The notes below the pieces were generated by a model that saw nothing but the letters and a program-made list of their open reading frames with translations, searched no databases and was not told the DNA's origin. A program made the position numbers and the translations under genes. Shown here one piece after another: positions 22,071-36,380 of a stretch of DNA of 64,000 nucleotides. The DNA comes from Narcine bancroftii (Eukaryota): positions 482,546,001-482,610,000 of the forward strand of contig NC_091469.1 in assembly GCF_036971445.1 (NCBI RefSeq), given 5' to 3'. Each line of letters starts with the position of its first letter. Position 1 is the stretch's first letter.

Positions 22071-24067
22071 GGTAGGAAGGAGCTGTCCCTGCAGAAAGAG
22101 GGGAGGGAAAAGTGTGACTGGTGCTGGGACCATTACCAAAAAAAAGAGCTGCAGCCACCTTCAATGGGTCATTTTCCTGACATCTCGACTCTCACACCAC
22201 AGCTGCTGTCTGAGTGCTCCTGGCAGGTTTTGTTTTTATCTCAGACATTCGAAATCTGCACCTCTTTAGTGCTGAGGACTCCCTCCATGTCATGGTGATG
22301 GCCTCATCCTGGTCACCTGTACCACACCCTTCCACATTGGTCTTTACCATTTCACAAGGCAATCCTTCATATATTTATTCACAGGATGTGAGCGACACTG
22401 AAGTTTTCTTTTTCCTTTATTTCTTTATGATAAAGGCAATCTATGCCGACTCTCTGCACACTCCCATCAATTCTATTTCCTCTCGACATTGCAAGCTATT
22501 TAAGACAGAGATGAGGGGAATGGTGACTCTAGAATTCTCTGCCCAAGGAAGCAGTTGAGGCTGCCTCATTAAATGTATTTAAGACCCATGTTTGAGATAG
22601 ATTTTGGAATCCTAGGGGAATTATGGGGAAAAGGCAGGCAGTGGAGCTAAGCCTATGGCCAGTTCTGCCGTGATCACGTTGGTTGGCGGAGCAGGGTCAA
22701 CTGGCCAGATGGCCGATTCCTGCTCCTATTTCTTGTCTATTCCCTCATCATCACCAATTCCTACCCAATTTTCGTGCCACATACCCAGTGTGACCAATTA
22801 ATCCACCAACCCATTCCTTTTTGGGATGTTGGAGGAAACCGGAGCATTCCACCCAGATGTCGGGATGAATCGGGCTTGCTGGAGGTCGGAGGCGGCAGTG
22901 TTTCAGCTGCATCATTCTGTGCCATGGGCATTTCCCACCCACCCTGGTAGATATACTGCTACAGCTATCAGTACAGGTAATGAACGTTCATTTTCTCCTC
23001 TCTTTTCCAGGTATCTGTCAATCACTTGCCTCTGTCTCCTGAATCCATCCCTCACTCTTCCCCCCCCCCACCAACCCCCATCCTTCACTGCTCCCTGCTT
23101 CATCAATTCCCCCTCCTCATCCCAGTCTCGCCCCTCCCACCCTCCAGCTGTCCATCATCCCTGGTTAGGAGTCTTCAGTAGAATGCTCTTTGTTTCAAAT
23201 TCTTTTGTCCCTTTCTGGTAATGTTAGATTCTTAGCAGCAGGCAACCTCGTGGAATGTGTTGTACATTTGGGGCAGCAGTGGACAAAAATATGGATACAT
23301 TAGGACACCAGAAAGTCTGCAGATACAAGGGTTGAATGTAACACACATATGTGCTGGAGAAACTCAGCAGGTCACGCAGCATCCAGAGCAAGTCAAGGGT
23401 AACCAATGTTTCGGCCCTGAGCCCTTCTTCATGTTATAATACATAGTATGTGGCAGCAGGTTATAAAATTTGGAGATAAACCAGGAGTCTGCAGATGTTG
23501 GAGAACCAGAGCGGCCACAATGGCAACTTTTATTTGGCTATGACCCCCCCACCAGGACTCCAGTAGGAGTTTATGGGCCCCCTTCCCAGTGAAGCAGTCA
23601 GGTTTAGTTGGTTCCTTCCATACTTCTGTCCTACTGACAACGTTATAAAATTTTGATTTCAGACTGCCCCCCCCCCCACTAGCCGCCCCCCCCCCCCACT
23701 GTGAAATGTGCTGTGGCCCCCAGGGAAACAATCTGATGCCCGTTGGGAATATCTGAATGAGAAGAACACACAAAGTGCTGGAGGAACTCAGCAGGTCAGG
23801 AAGTGTCTGTGAAAAGCAATAGAAAGTCGACGTTTCAGGATGGAGCGCTTCATCACGAAACTTTCAACTTCTCTTGGAGTCTTGCTATTAAACAATGGGA
23901 ATATTTTTAAAGGGGAAGGTGGCAATTCGTGAAGTGAAGGCAGGAGAGCTACGGGGGGGGGGGGGGGCGGGGGGGGGGTGGAATTAATTGGATTGTTCCT
24001 CCTCAGGTGTGACAGAAGAAAAATGACGGCCTGCTTTGCTGCTATTCACTGATTTGTTTATTTCCAG

Positions 24068-24179
24068 GTACGACGACGACAAAAGAGAATGGTTTGGTAT
24101 TCTCCGGGAGATTCCCTACGCGGCAGCGGCAACTTTCCTTCCAGTTCGACTGAATATTTTACGAATGAGCAAGTTATAA
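24068..24179 (+). CDS. KLHL40: KLHL40 exon 6, terminal coding part
   Basis: TTTCCAG|G acceptor. Encodes YDDDKREWFGILREIPYAAAATFLPVRLNILRMSKL then TAA at 24177-24179. Confidence 0.96.
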
Positions 24180-24969
24180 AAGGCACAAAACCCCATGAGT
24201 GAAATGGAAAGGGTATGAGATATTTGTATCCAAACAGTAGAAGATAGGAATTTGCGTATTCTTTAGAAAAACACATTTTGTCAAGCTATGGTAACAGATT
24301 AAAAGTGCAGATATAACAGTATTATATAATTAAATTTACTAAATTTCCGATTCCATAATTTGAGCGATTTATACCAAAATCGTTTGAACAACGATGTTGA
24401 TTATTTTGTTCAAAAACAAATTAAATTTTGTATCCATAAAGTAGATCATTAACCCAATAGATCATGGAACAGCACACAAACAGGTCCTTCAGCCCACATT
24501 TCTGTGCTAAACTCAATGTCTGAATCAAGTTAAATCCTTGTAAAAACACGACGCTGGAGAAATTCAGCAGATCAAACAGTATCCTTCATATAGCAAAGAT
24601 AAAGATCCAAAGCTGACATTTTGGGTTTGAGCTCTTCATCAAGGTTTGGAAGATTTATTAAGGGTAAGGATACTTTGATGAATAAAGATAAAGGTTCCAT
24701 TATTATCACGTAAAACTATATTTAGAATGTAACATACATGAAGTTCTTTAACTTTTATTCTGAAGGGCTCAAGCCCAAAATGTCGGTTATGTATCTCTAC
24801 CTTGGCTATATAAAAGACACTGTTTGACCTGCTGAGTTTCTCCAGCATCGTGTTTTTACTTCAACCATGGTGTCTGCTTTTCAAGTTAAATCCTTGCTGC
24901 TTGCACCTGATAGATATTGCTCCATCCCCTTCATATTCATGTGTCTATCCAGAAGCTTCTTAAATGCTA

Positions 24970-25710
24970 TAATAAAGCCCATGGTTTCAAGCAACCGGCA
25001 GCCTCAATTAACTGGCCAAAAAAAACAAGAATAATTAAAATAAAATAATAGGTTAAAGAAAAGGGAACGTTTAAAATTGGCTCGCTTTGCTGTTAGTTTG
25101 CCAATCTACCACTTGACACCTGCAACCAGTTCCTCGTGACTAATGTAAACAAACAGATTCCGTTTTGCAGGACATTATTTTGGACAAATTTCTCCCCAAA
25201 CCATTACGATGCTGAAAGCCTTAAACGTGTAGTGCTTTACCCTTAAGCAGAAGATGGAAAAGGGTGAAAGTCCTCCAGTACTTATGGAGGAATTTAACAT
25301 TGGTTCATCAACCATCTATGACATTAAGGCCCAGCCTCAGAAAGTTAAGCAGTTTTACATGAAGTCTGACAAAGTGTGGAGCAATGACACAATCTTTGTA
25401 CCTCCAAGATGGACTTACTTCACCAGGCTCTTTATGACTGGTTTGGTTTGGAACAAATTGGACGGAGGTTGCAAAAAAAGGAAACGCGTTCCACAAGATG
25501 ATAAATATTGAGGCACAGTGTTCTTTTTCAAATGGCTAGCTTAGCAGATTCAAGATTCGTCACAGTATCCATACATTAGACTTGTCTGGTGAGCAGAAAT
25601 CAGTGAATCAGAAGTTTTAGTTAGGGCATTGTAAGTCTCAAGCAACCAGAAAATACACTTATCCAGCATCTACCAATCCCCATAGGTGCCGGATACAAGG
25701 GGTTTTACTC
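24970..25710 (+). mobile_element. Tigger/pogo-type DNA transposon remnant
   Basis: [25 protein letters not shown] resembles the CENP-B/Tigger N-terminal HTH. Degenerate TIRs (taataaagcccatgg / caaggggttttactc) are flanked by TA. Confidence 0.65.
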
Positions 25711-25949
25711 TATCCACCACTACCCCTGGCAGCCTGTTCCAGGCACCAAACACTCTGTAACAAAACATTATTTTCATTATCTAATGGATTTATTGTAGAA
25801 AATATATATACTAAATTACAATATAATTTATTAATAAAAAATGTACAGGTACAATTTATTAGATGCATCCATGAGGGTTTCTTGAAACAGGAAGGAAAAA
25901 GTTCAACGACGGAAGGGATGAAATTCAGTTACACTAGTCATCTACAGGT

Positions 25950-28900
25950 GCTGGTGCCCAAGAAGAACAGAGTGAGCTGCCTCAATGACTATCAGTCAAC
26001 AGCACTCGCATCGAGTTTGATGAAATGCTTTGAGAGGTTGGTCATGGCCAGAATTAACTCGTATCTAAGTAAAGATCTGGACCCAATGCAATTGCCTATC
26101 GTCACAATCGCTCCACAGAGATTCAATTTCACTGGCTCCCATCCAGTCGGCAGGGTTACCACTGTCCTCAGCATTCTTTATATTAGCTATTGAGCTGCTA
26201 GCAGAGGCCATCCAACAAGATCCAGAAATAAAGGGTTCAAAATGGGCCAGGAGGAGCACAAAATTAATTTATTTGCAGATGATGTCCTCGTATATTTGAC
26301 TGTCCTGGAGGGATCATTGACCAGACTGAGGACCACACTGTAAGATTATGGGAAGATCTCTGGATACAAAATAAATTTGAATATAAGTTCATTTATGCCC
26401 TTGACAGCACCAACAAGGGAGCCAGTTTAAATGGCCACAAGAGGGCATTAAATATTTGGAGATAAAAGTAGATAAGGATTTGAGTATATAAACTCAATGA
26501 TCTCCCTTTGCACTGGAAGATTGAGGAGGATTTGGATAGATGGAAAATCCTGCCCATAACTTTGGTGGCGGGGTTAATTGTATTAAAATACAAGTGATGC
26601 CAAGACTGCAATAGCTATTTCAGTCCTTGCCTATCCCATTGTCCCAGGCCTTCTTCAAGATGCTTAACAGATGTGTCAGGAAATTCTTGTGGAATGGTAA
26701 GGTGGCTAGGGTCTCCATGGAAAAGTTGACGGGGTTATGAACTAGGAGGTCTGAAATTACTAGACTTCAAAAAATGTGATTGGATGGCCCAGTCAAGGTT
26801 TAGTGATTCTCTCTATGAGGGAGATGGTACCCCCTCCTGGGCACAAATTGGAATGCACACAGTAGAAGAAAAGATAGCAGGAGAGTTAATACACAAGTAG
26901 GACCTGAATTGATATCAAGGCAAATAGATAACCCCATATTAAAACATGTAATTCGGACATGGAAAAAAATAAATCAATGTATCGAGCTAAAGGTGGGATT
27001 GTCTCCTAAAACGTCCTTGACCCACGACGGGATAATAAGATCCTGGACACCTGGTGCCAGAAGGTGATCATGTGTATCGAGTATTGTTATGAAGTCATGT
27101 CTTTGAACAGCTAAGAACTAAGTATGATTTATTGAATAAAACCTTCTTCTGCTACCTTCAGTTAAGATCTGTCTTAAGGGATAATTTGGGACCGTCTTCA
27201 GCCCTACCTGTGTGTAGTGTCATGGAGATTGTAATTCAAAAGGGGAATACATGCAAGTTTATTTTTATGATATATCTCCTATTTTGAAGTGAGGGCCCAA
27301 AGGTGGGAGACAGACTTGGGCACAAAACATCCACGAGCAGTGCTGGTCAGACTTGTGTCTGGACAGCATGAGAGCAGTTATTAATGCCAGGTACAGATTG
27401 GTGCATCAACTATACCTCACAGCACAAAAATTACATAAATCAGAAATTTTGGAAATGTGCTTTAGGTGCAGTGTGGAGATTGGAACCTTTATCCATTCAA
27501 CCTGGGTGTGTACAAAGGTGAGATCCTTCTGGGAGGACCTGGGGAACATTTTGAAAAAAATTATAAAGGTGGATTTTCCACAGGAACTGGAATTGTACCT
27601 TCTGGGAAACATGGACGTGAGTTTTAAATTGTCCAAGTACCAAATTCAGTTTGTGACGGTTGCCATGTCAGCAGCCAGGAAGTGTTTAGCAGTCACGTGG
27701 AAGTCTGACTCCCAACTAAATATTACATGATGGAATACAGAAATGCGGAGTTGTATTCCCCTGGAGAAAATTACATTCAATTTAAGGAGGAAATATGTCA
27801 CATTCGTTAGAGTATGGCAGTCTTAGCTGCAGAATATAGGTACAGAGATATAGTTACACCTTCTAAACAGAAGAAAGGTTAAAAAAAATCTGTACTAATA
27901 GTGGAACAATTGAGATAAATGAAATGGGTCAAGGCACAGACGACGCAATCTCTCTTTTTCATTTTGATTTATGTTTCTCTGGGTTTATATTTGGTTCCTT
28001 TAAGGGTTGGTGACTAGATATTTGGTTCTTTATGTGTGTTTAAAAATCTTTTCCTTGTTAAGGTATGGGAGGGAAGGGAGAAGAGGGCTCTGAATGTAAT
28101 ACATCAGTGTTGAGAAAGATTGTTTTGTTCTGGATTTGTGCGAGTCTTGGAAAATCAAAAATAAAATATTTAAAAACAAATTCACTGGCTCTCAATTCAG
28201 CTCTGAACATCAGGATACTCTACATTCACTGCAGCTCAGCTTTCAACACCATCATCCCCTCCGAGCTGGTCAACAAGCTCCAAAATCTGGGCCTCTGCAA
28301 CTGGATCCTCGACTTCCTCATCGGAAGAGCACAGTCAGTACAAATCAGAAACAACATCTCACTGACGATGAACACATGTGCACCTGAAGGATGTGTGCTT
28401 AGCCCACTGCTCTACTCACACCCATGACTGTGGTTCAGCACAAATCAAATGCCATCTAAAACTTTGCCAGTGACACCTTGGTCATCGGCAGAATTACAAA
28501 CAGCAATAAAGAAACAAACAGGAGCGAGATAGATCAGCTAGTTCAGTGTTAGCAAAACCAAAGAGCTGATTGTGACATCAAGAGAACACAAACCAGTTCT
28601 CATTGAGGGGGTCAGTGGTGGAAAGGATTAAGAACTTCCTGGGTGTCAACGTCTCTGAAGATCTGTACTGGGTCCTCCATGTTGTTGCAATCACAAAGAA
28701 GGCTCACCCTGCGGCTATTCTTTGTGAAAAGTTTGAGATTTCATGTCACCAAAGATTCTTGCAAATTTCTACAGGTGTACCATGGAGAGCTATCTGATTG
28801 GTTGCATCACTGGTACGGAGGTGCCAACGCTCAGGACAAGAAAAAACTCCAAAGGGTTGTTAACTCAGCCTGCCACATCACAGACACCAGACCACTCCAT

Positions 28901-29160
28901 TGAGGACACCTACAAGAGGCTGTGCCATAAGAAAGCAGCCTCTATCCTCAAGGTTCCCCCATCACCCAGGGCATGACCACAATGCTGAAAGAGGTGCACA
29001 AGCCTGAAGACTAGCACCCAGCAGCACAAGGACAGCTTCTTCCACTCTACATCAGATTTATGAATGGGCAATGGCCCACAGACTCTATTTTTGCACCGAT
29101 TTATTTTAAAAATGTACTGCTGCAAAACAATGCATTTTGTGAGATGTTCATGATAATAAA
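25950..29160 (+). mobile_element. Rex1/Babar-like LINE, split by an L1 insertion
   Basis: VPKKNRVSCLNDYQSTALASSLMKCFERLV (25950-26130) continues after 28180 as [34 protein letters not shown]. Confidence 0.8.
26139..28180 (+). mobile_element. 5'-truncated L1-clade LINE with TSD
   Basis: LFADDVL-type RT motif near 26270, C-terminal CFRC..GTFIHSTWVC, A-rich tail. TSD ttcactggctc at 26128-26138 and 28181-28191. Confidence 0.85.
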
Positions 29161-29279
29161 TTCTGATTTTTCTTCTGAGCTCATGCATCCATGGAAAGCA
29201 GCAGGCACTCAACGTTCCAGGCCTGAGCCTTTCACTACACCTTGCATTGGAAGCCTGATCAGGCAATTGGAGTTTCAGA

Positions 29280-29935
29280 GGGAAAGCATTTTGAGAACAG
29301 CAATCACAATTCATTGAGTTTTCAGATAGTTATGGGGAAAGATAGATCTGGACCTCGAAGGAACTCACTGAACTGGGGAAAGTTCACTATTCGACAGGAG
29401 CTGGAGAGGGTAGATTTGGAGAAGTTGTTATTGGGCAAGTCTCATCTGTGTTCAGTTCTGGTCACCTCATTTACAGGAAGAACGTGGAAGCTTTGGAGAG
29501 GATGCAGAGATTTACCAGTATGTTGCCTGGATTGGAGAATGTGACTTTGTGAGGGAAGGTGAACAGAGCTGGGGCTTTTCTCTTTGGAGCGAAGGAAGAG
29601 AAGTGGCGACTTAACAGAGGTCTACGAGATTATGAAAGGCACAGATAGCATGGACAGCCAGCAACTTTTTTCCAGGGCAAATAGCAGAAGATATCTGTAC
29701 AAGGTGAGTGGAAGAAAGTTCAGGGAATATGTCAGGGGTAAGTTTTTTTTTAAGAAAGAGTGGTGGGTGCTGGAATGCATTGCCAGGGTTGGTGGTGGAG
29801 GCTGGTGCAATAGGGACATACAAAAAATTCTAAGACAGGCACATAGATTCAAGGAAATTAGAGGGTAATAGATGTAAGGAGGGAAGTTTGAATTGTGGAG
29901 TCGGTCTATATGGGTTGGCATAACATTGTGGGCTG
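29280..29935 (+). mobile_element. CR1-type LINE fragment, internally deleted
   Basis: ERRKRSGDLTEVYEIMKG plus upstream CR1-like pieces. Confidence 0.75.
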
Positions 29936-30971
29936 TGGGTGTCTGTGGTCAAAGGATTCACACCAGGCTGTGGTCTACTGGAGAATGGCTCCAAGAGGCA
30001 CGAGGTATCAGAATTGGGATGCAAGAGGGTGCTAAGGGCGCCGAAGGCTTCTTGATCGTGTTGAGGTTTGGATCTGGAGATTGGGTTGCTGATGGTTTGG
30101 TCTGAAGTCTGTGTGGCTGCGAAATCCACGGACACTCAGCGACTCTGGGGGATCTCTTTCACTTCTCTTTCTCCGACTGTAAGGAGTGGCAGGCAATTTA
30201 TGCTGACGATGAGTCTTTGCTTTATAGCAGACTAAAGTCAAGTTCATGTAATATTACATCTGCTTTATTACATGATAATAAAGGAATATTGAAAATCTGT
30301 AGATGCTGGGGTGGAATGCAATGTCCAAAAGTGCTGGAGAAACTCAGCCGGTCACACACTGTCCACAGGAAGCAAAAGGCAGTCATCATTTCGGCCTTGA
30401 CAAAGGGTTCAGACCCAAAATGTTGACTGCCTTTTAGTTCTCATGGATTCTCCATCACATGGTGAGTTTCTCCATCTCCAGTGTAGGTGTAGATAGATGT
30501 TGGATCTATTGAACACATGGAGATGGATTAGATCCCAACTGGCCTTGAGAGAGGCAAGAAAGGAGATTGCTGGAACCTTGACAAAGATGTTTAGCCACAG
30601 GCATGGTGCAAGAGGGCAAAAGAGTAGCCAATCCTGTTTCTTTAAGGAGGCAAATAGACATAGTCCAGCAAGTTACAGGCTGGTGAGTAATTTATTTATG
30701 GCATATTTACTCATATTTGGAAAAGCATTACTTGCTCAGTATATTCAGCGTGACTTTGTAAAACATGACCTAGCCCACACAGTTAATAGTTTTTTTTTTA
30801 AAAATGAGGTAATGAAAATGACTGATGAGGGTAGAACAGTAGATGAATCTGAATCTATTGTCATGAACACATGCCGTTGATTTGTGGCAGCATTACAGGT
30901 CCAAAATTGCTATAAATTACATTTAAAAATTTATTGCAGAAGAAAAGGAAAAAGTGTCTGTGGTTCATTGC

Positions 30972-31623
30972 TGTTGTGTGTGGAGGAAACATGGCCTCCC
31001 TGCCTGTCTGGAATATGTGTATTATGGGTGATCATATCCCCTCCCTATGTGAAACTTATACGAAAGTCACATCACATCCAATCAAGGTTGAACTCCATCC
31101 ACCCATTAGTGCACACCTTGCCACTGGCTAATTTAAATCACCTAGTCATTATTGGCTAGAAGCACAGATTAGCACTGTATATAACACCAACACAGCACAT
31201 TCTTTCTCTCTGCCTCATGGTCCAAGCCCCGAACATCACGCCAGGTTGCTACTGAGCGCATTGCTGGAGGTGTCACAGGTAAGGTGTGCACTACACTGAA
31301 GCTGAGCCAGGCAATAGATCAATACTTGCAGAGCCGCACCCCCATTGGTACAGGGAACCAGGTGTATGTAAGAGTCCCTGTTTGTAGTGTGTGTACTCAA
31401 GTGTGTGAGCATGTCGAGTATAGGTTCACTATCGTCGAAGTCCAACCTAGGTTCGAGGTGAATGTCTATATTGTTGCTTAAGTGAAATAGTAATCGTGTA
31501 CTGTTTAATGGTCTCCCCGTTTGTCTCCCATGTGTTAATTAAAATTACATGTGATTGTAACACTCGTGTCTAGACTCGTCTCTCTTGGAACCCACCAAAC
31601 CTGATACTCTTCCCAACACAACA
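30972..31623 (+). mobile_element. Solo LTR (652 bp)
   Basis: Perfect 8-bp inverted ends TGTTGTGT...ACACAACA; 5-bp TSD ATTGC (30967-30971, 31624-31628); TATATAA near 31178. The flanks rejoin into a Rex1 3' sequence. Confidence 0.85.
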
Positions 31624-31628
31624 ATTGC

Positions 31629-33350
31629 CCATTCAGAAATCTAAAGGTGGAGGGGAAGCTATTTTTGAATTGTGGGTGTTCTTCTTCAGGCTCCTATATC
31701 GCCTTCCTGAAGGTAGCAGTGTGAAGAGGGCATGGCCCAGTGGTGGGGGCCTTGAGGATAGAGGATGATTTCTTGAAACACCACCTCTTGTAGATGTTCT
31801 TGATGGAGTGAAGACAGATGCCCATGATGGTGCTGGCTGAGTTCACAACCCTCTGTACTTCTTTCCTGTCCTATGCATTGGCAACTTCATACCAGACAGT
31901 GATGCAACCAGTCAGTAGGAACTCCTAATGAAATACAGCCACTGGCTTCTTTGTGATTGCATCGACATGGAGGCCTTAGGAAAGATCTTCCGAAATGTTG
32001 AGATCCAGGAATTTGAAGCTCTTTACCCTTTATACTGGTGATGCCTTGATGAGGACTGATTTCCCCTTCCTGAAGGCCACAATCAATTCCTTAGTTTTGC
32101 TAACATTGAGATACCACTCAACTAGCTGATCTATCTTTCTCCTGTCCACTTCCTCATTGCCACCTGTGATTCTGCTGACGACCATGGTGCCATTGGTACA
32201 TTTGTAGATGGCATTTAAATTTTGCCAGGCCTCACAGTCATGGGTGTTGAGCAGTGGTTCTCAAACTTTGTCTTTCCACTCACATCCCACTTTAAGTAAT
32301 CCCTATGCCATCTGTGCTCTGTGATTAGTAAGGCACTGCTTAAGGTAAGGGAAGGTTGAGAATCACTGCTCTAGACCCAATTGTTACTGAAATATTTGGC
32401 TTGAGAAAAATTGTCATTGTCCCATTTCCTTTGGGAATTGTGAAACCGTGCACATAACGAGTCAATTAGGTACAATTAAAACAGGGGGTTTCAAACTTTT
32501 TCTTTCCACCTTAAGCAATCCCTTACTAATCATAGAACACCAATGGCCTAGCGAATACTTAAAGTGGAACGTGAGTGGAAAGAAAAAGGTCAAGAACCAC
32601 TGGTATAGAGAGAGTAGAGCAGTGGGCCTGAGCTAATTGTCAATAAGAGGACGTTGTTTCCGATTCGAACTGTCATCTTCCAGTGATGAGGTCAAGGATC
32701 CAAATGTTGAGAGAGGTGCAGTAGCTCAGGGTTTGAAGCTTGCTGACCAACACTGAGGGGATGATGGTGTTGAGCTGTAATTGATGGAAAGCAGCCTATG
32801 TACATGTTTCTGTTGTCCAGGTGATCCAGGTCCGAGGGGAGAGCTGGTGAGATTGCATCTGCTGTGGAGCGATTGTGGCAGTACGTCAATTGTAGTGGGT
32901 TCAGATCTTTACTTGGGTACAAACAAGTTATTTCTGGCCATGACCAACCTCTTAAAGCACAGTGGATGTGTGTGCTACTGGGTGATCAGCATGGAGGCAG
33001 CTCACTCTGCTGTTCTGGGTACTGGGATGATTTAGACCCTTTTGAAGCAGGTGGGAACCTTCGACTGCAACAATGGGAGATTGAAAATGTCTGTGAACAC
33101 TCTTGCTAGTTGGTTGGCAAATTTTCAGTACCCTGCTAGGAACGACATCAAGGCCTGATGCCTTGCAGGGTTCACTCTCTTGAAAGATGTTCTGACATTG
33201 GACTCAAAGACAGATATCACAGGGTTGCCAGCTTTGGCAGGGATTCTCATTGGTACTGTCGAATTCTCCTTTTCAAAGCAAGCATAAAAAGGTGTTCAAC
33301 TCATCGGGTAGTGAAACATCACAAGATGTTAGACTTCTCCTTATAGGATG
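31629..33350 (-). mobile_element. Rex1/Babar-like LINE, degenerate, interrupted by a hAT MITE
   Basis: Reverse-complement similarity to the 25950-29160 copy; SKDLNPLQLTYCHNRSTADAI motif. Confidence 0.75.
32252..32602. mobile_element. hAT-type MITE
   Basis: TIR CAGTGGTTCT...AGAACCACTG; degenerate 8-bp TSD gtgttgag/gtatagag; internal duplicated subterminal blocks. Confidence 0.8.
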
Positions 33351-33374
33351 TAATGGCCTGTGCATATCTAAAAC

Positions 33375-36300
33375 CATATAACAATTACAGCATGGAAACA
33401 GGCCATCTTGGCCTTCCTAGTCTGCACTGAACCAAGTACTCTCCTCTAGTCCCACCTACCTGCACCTTGCCCATAACTGTCTATTCCCTTTCCTTCCATA
33501 TACCTATCCAATTTTTCCTTAAATGACAAAATGGGCCATGCCACCACTACTTCTCCCGGAAACGCATTCCACACAGCCACCACTCTCTGAGTGAAGAAGT
33601 TCCCCCTCATGTTACTTCTAAACCTATGCCCCGTAACTCTTAACTCATGATCTCTTGTTTCAATCTCTCCTACCCTCAAGTGAAAAAAGCCAGTCCACAT
33701 CAACTCTATCTATCCCCCTCATAATCTTAAATCCCCCCTCAACCTTCTATGCTCCAAGGAATAAAGACCTAATCTTCTCAATCTTTCTTTGTAATCTAGA
33801 TTCTGAAACCCAGGCAACATTTTTGTAAATCTTCTCTGCACTCTCTCTACCTTGTTGATATCCTTCCTATGATTTGGTGACCAGAACTGCACACAATATT
33901 CCAAATTTGGTCTCACCAGTGCCTTCAACAGTCTCAACATCACCTCCTAGCTCCTATATTCTATGCTTTGATTTATAAAGGCCAGCATACTAAAAGCCTT
34001 CTTCACCACTCTATCCACATGAGATTCCACCTTCAGGGAATGATGAACCGTTATTCCTAGATCTTTCTGCTCCACTGCATTCCTCAATTCCTTCTCTTTT
34101 ACTATGTATGTCCTGTTTTAATTATTCCTTCCTAAATGAAGCACCTCACAATTCTCAGCTTTAAACTCCATCTGCCATCTTTCTGCCCACTTTTCTAAGC
34201 AGTTCAAATCCCTCTGCAATCTTTGAAAACCTTTTTCATCATCCACAATTCCACCTATTTTAGTATCATCCGCATATTTACTAATTCAATTTACCACCCC
34301 ATCATCCAGATCATGAATGTAAATGACAAACAGCATGGACCCCAATACAGACAGATCCCTGAGGCACACCACTTGTTACCGGCCTCCAGTCTGACAAACA
34401 TTTATCCACTATGACACTCTGGCATCTCCCTTCCAGCTGCTGTTGAATGCATTTGACTATCTCAAAGTTAACACCTTGCGCCTGAACCTTCCTAACTAAC
34501 CTTCCATGTGGAACCTTATCGAAGGCCTTACTGGTTCATACAGACAACATCCACTGCTCTTCCCTCATCAACATTCCTAGACACCTCTTCAAAAAATTCA
34601 ATGATTGATCAAACATGACCTTCCACGCACAAACCCGTGTTGAGTATTCCTGATCAGACCCTGTCTCTCCAGATATTTATATATATTATCTCTAAGAATG
34701 CTTTCCATTAACTTAGCTACCACAGGCATCAAACTTACAGGCCTTTAATTGCTCAGCTTGCTCCTCGAACCCTTTTTAAACAAAGGAACCACACGAGCAA
34801 TACTCCAATCCTCCGGCACTATATACCCACCTCTAATGGCATTTGAAAAATCACTGTAGAGCCGCTGCTATTTCCTCACTAACTTCTCTCAAGGTCCTGG
34901 GGAAAATCCACCTTCATATGCTTCAAAATCTCGGTATTTCCTCTTTCTTAATCACTACATTTTCCATAATTACCCGCTTTGCTTCCTTTACTCCGCACAA
35001 TTCCATATCCTTCTCCTTAATGAATACCAAAAATCTCCCCCATCTCATTTGGCTCCACACACAGTTGTCCGCTCTGATTCTCTAAGGGACCAATTTTATC
35101 CCTTGCTCTCCTTTTGCTATTAACATAGTTATAGAAAACTTTTGGATTTATTTTCACCCTGTTTGATTCAGCCACCTCGTACATTCTTTTAGCTTTTTAA
35201 TTTCTTCAGTTTCTTTTTACATTCAATGTATTCTCCACGCATCTCCTTTATTCCTTGTTTCTTATATTTATTGTAGGTCTCACTCTTTTTTCAAACAAGT
35301 TTCCAATATCCCTTGAAAACCATGGCTCTCTCAAACTTTTGACTCTGCCTTTTATCCTGACAGGAACGTAAAGATTTTGTACCCTCAAAATCTCACCTTT
35401 AAAAGACCTCCATTTCTCTACAACATCCTTCCCATAAAACAAATTGTCCCAATCCACTCCTAATAAATCCTTTCTCATCTCCTTAAATCTAGCTTTTCCC
35501 CACTCAAAAACTGCCATCTTAGGTCCTGACCTATGATCACTGGACCTGAAGTGCTCCCTAACACATACCTCCATAACCTGTCCTATTTCATTCCCCAACA
35601 GTAGATCCAACCCTGCCCTTCTCTAGTCGGTACCTCTATGTATTGCTGTAAAAAAAACTATCCTGCACACATTTTACAAATTCTAATCCATCCAGCCCTT
35701 TCACAGAATGGGTTTCCCAATCTATATTTGGAAAATTAAAATCTCCCATTATCACAACCCTATGCTTATTAATAATCTCTGCTATCTCCCTACAAATTTG
35801 CCCCTCTTGTTCTCTCTTCCCATTAGGTGGTCTATAATACATGCCTACAAGTGTGACTACCCCTTTCCCATTCCTCAGTTCCACCCATACAGCCTCCCTG
35901 GACAAGCCCTCTCATCTATCTTACCTAAGCACTGCAGTAATATTTTCCCTGACAAGCAATGCTACTCCACCCCCTCTTGCCCCTCCAATTCTATCACACC
36001 TAAAGCAACGAAATCCAGGAATATTTAGATGCCAATCACATCCCTCCTGCAACCATGTTTCACTAATCGCTATCACATCATACTGCCAAGTGTCTATCCA
36101 CACCCTCAGCTCATCCACCTTCCTTATAATGCTCCTTGCATTAAAGTATATGCATTTCAGAGATTTCCCACTGCTTATTCTCTGTTTGCCCCTATCTTTA
36201 CAAACAACTCTATTATGTTCTTTTTCTATCATCTCCCCTCCATCTTTGTACAGAGCATCTTCCTTCTCTATCACCTGCCTATCCACCCCCAAACTTTGTC

Positions 36301-36380
36301 TACAAACTTTGTCTGTTTGCAATCTAACCTTCTCCTTGTTGTTCTCCTTTGCTTGGTTCCCTCCCCCAACCATTCTAGTT
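33375..36380 (-). mobile_element. CR1-type LINE with most of ORF2 (endonuclease to 3' end), degenerate
   Basis: [65 protein letters not shown]. Confidence 0.92.

Noticed and set aside
5150-24179. Assignment as KLHL41
   Set aside because: [34 protein letters not shown], the PVRLN C-terminus and ZBTB47 linkage fit KLHL40 better.
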